A stretch of 64,000 bases of DNA from the human T2T-CHM13v2.0 reference genome, Homo sapiens: the NCBI RefSeq assembly GCF_009914755.1, contig NC_060935.1, one strand, 5' to 3'. Shown here in pieces: positions 61,690 to 64,000 of the stretch (position 1 is the stretch's first letter; each line of letters opens with the position of its first letter). The position numbers were made by a program, and so were the translations under genes. The notes beneath the pieces are model-generated. The model searched no databases. It saw only the letters and a program-made list of their open reading frames with translations, and was not told the origin of the DNA.

Positions 61690-62775
61690 ACAATGAGAAC
61701 ACATGGACACAGGAAGGGGAACATCACACTCTGGGGACTGTTGTGTGGTTGGGGGAGAGGGGAGGGATAGCATTAGGAGATATACCTAATGCTAAATGAC
61801 GAGTTAATGGGTGCAGCACACCAGCATGGCACATGTATACATATGTAACTAACCTGCACATTGTGCACATGTACCCTAAAACTTAAAGTATAATAATAAT
61901 AATAATAATAATAAAAAGAAAATTCATTGTCCCCACAATAATGTTTCCAAATATTTCCTGAGAAGGAAAATAAATGGGGGAGTGTTTAGGCCATTTTTTT
62001 TCTACTTGGAAAACAAGTTGGTATATGGTTGAATTTTGTGCCCCATGGAAAAGGTTAGCTCTTTGTTTTTCCATAGAAAATCCTGGTCCCAACAGTGAGA
62101 GAAGCATGCAAAGAACAGGGAAGGAGTCACTGGATATTGCTTGGTTCCAGCTCACCAGGCCCTATGTGAAGCACATTGTACTTCTTATCTCTATAAAAGG
62201 ACTTTGTTAGGAAGGCATAATTTCCTCTTTTATGGTGAGGTTAAAGAGGTTACTAGGTCTGATAAGGCTTCCTGATGCCAGTCCCTGTGCTATTTTTCTT
62301 TCTCAAAGTATGGTCAGGGGAGATGGGAGGGCAATTGAAAGCAGTATAACACCAAGGTTATGCCCAGAGTTCAAATTGTGATTCTATCTTAGCACTGTGT
62401 GACATCTAACAAGTTACTTAATCGCTCTGTGCCTCAGTTTACTCATCTGTAAAATGAAGGTAATAGTATCCATTCTCAGAGTATTATTATGGGCATTAAA
62501 TAGGTTAAAACACTTAAAAGTATGCCTACTATATAGTAAGGCCTCGTGATTATTAGCTGTAATGATAATTAGCATTTCTTTTTCAGCTGCCTTAGGCAGA
62601 TTTGAAATTTCTTCACCTGGATCCAAGTTCATCTGTCAAGGTCCACCTCTCCTGCTTTGTTTGGGATACTGTCCATTACCACACCTCATAACATAGCATG
62701 ACCGGGGCATTTCACAGTTTTGATGCACGCTCCGTCTCACCCATCCCCCAACCCTACACCATTTCTTCATTTTTA

Positions 62776-63156
<381 letters not shown>

Positions 63157-64000
63157 CTAACTTGCTTGTGGCCTTGAGCAAGTCACTTCAATTCTCCAGG
63201 CCTCTGCTAGTGCTTTGGTAAAGCCCTGTGACTTCTAAGATCCCTTTGGGCATCATTCTTTTCTCTATCCCATCCCCACCTCCACCAGGGAAAATTCAGG
63301 AACTAAAGGAAGGAGACTTGCCTTGTTAGAAGCCTTTCTGGGTGCTCTTTCATGCAGCCTCAAGTATTATGGCCTCAGCTACTCTCAGAAGTCAGTGTTT
63401 GTCATCGTATTAATTTGTCCTCCAGCCAGGAAAATGAGTACTGCAAATACAGAGATGCACCTGCTCAAAGTAAAAACAGTCAAGCTGAACTGTTTGAAGC
63501 ATTCAACGATTATCTTTTTTATTTGTGTAGTACTCTGCTTTTTACATTCATATAGGTAACCTGTCAATCATTACAGCCATCTTATGAAGAACAAATATTG
63601 GAGATCATCATATTGATTTTGCAAATGAGAAAACTGAGGTACAGGGATATTATGTGGCATGCACGTAATCCCCAAGTGAGAGGCTCTGTTGAGACCCAGA
63701 TCTGCCAACTCCTGGCCAGATGCTCTTTGTACCAGTGATAGGAAGCACATAGAAAGTACCACATGCAAATATATTTCATTCATACCATAGCATTCAATCT
63801 TCCCAATGGCCTTAGGAAGTAGGCATTATCACCCCATTTTATAAACAAACTCAGAGCCCTAGTAGACTTAAAATCCCCTCAGGGTAGGGACCCATTACAT
63901 TTGCCAGTGAACTCTCCCAAAGTTACCTAGATTAAAAGTGGAAGAGTTGGGTCCAAAGCCAGATCATTTCTCTGTTCAACACGTACTTACAGAAACCCCT

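Overview
Human-type (primate) intergenic DNA, rich in repeats, with no intact protein-coding gene. Three larger elements dominate. (1) A full-length processed HSP90-alpha pseudogene on the minus strand (4799-7726) with a 20-bp target-site duplication (TSD). Its first reading frame is 343 aa, which fits HSP90AA2P as I recall it; that would place the window at 11p14.1 between BDNF and KIF18A (recalled, not verifiable here). (2) A two-LTR MER41A-type non-autonomous ERV1 provirus on the minus strand (45203-49802). Its leader contains a tRNA-Glu-like segment with intact-looking Pol III A and B boxes. (3) A full-length but dead L1PA3-type LINE-1 (55746-61916, 15-bp TSD) that still carries the ~129-bp 5'UTR segment lost in younger L1s. 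The rest is Alus, MaLR/ERVL solo LTRs, MIR/L2/L1M remnants, DNA transposon fossils, microsatellites and a few unique stretches that could be enhancers. I found no convincing previously undescribed biological system. The best leads are the tRNA-like cassette in the ERV leader, the domain-wise ORF split of the HSP90 retrocopy, and a CpG-retaining unique block near 50.7-51.3 kb. Repeat subfamily names come from recognising consensus sequences by eye and need RepeatMasker/Dfam confirmation.
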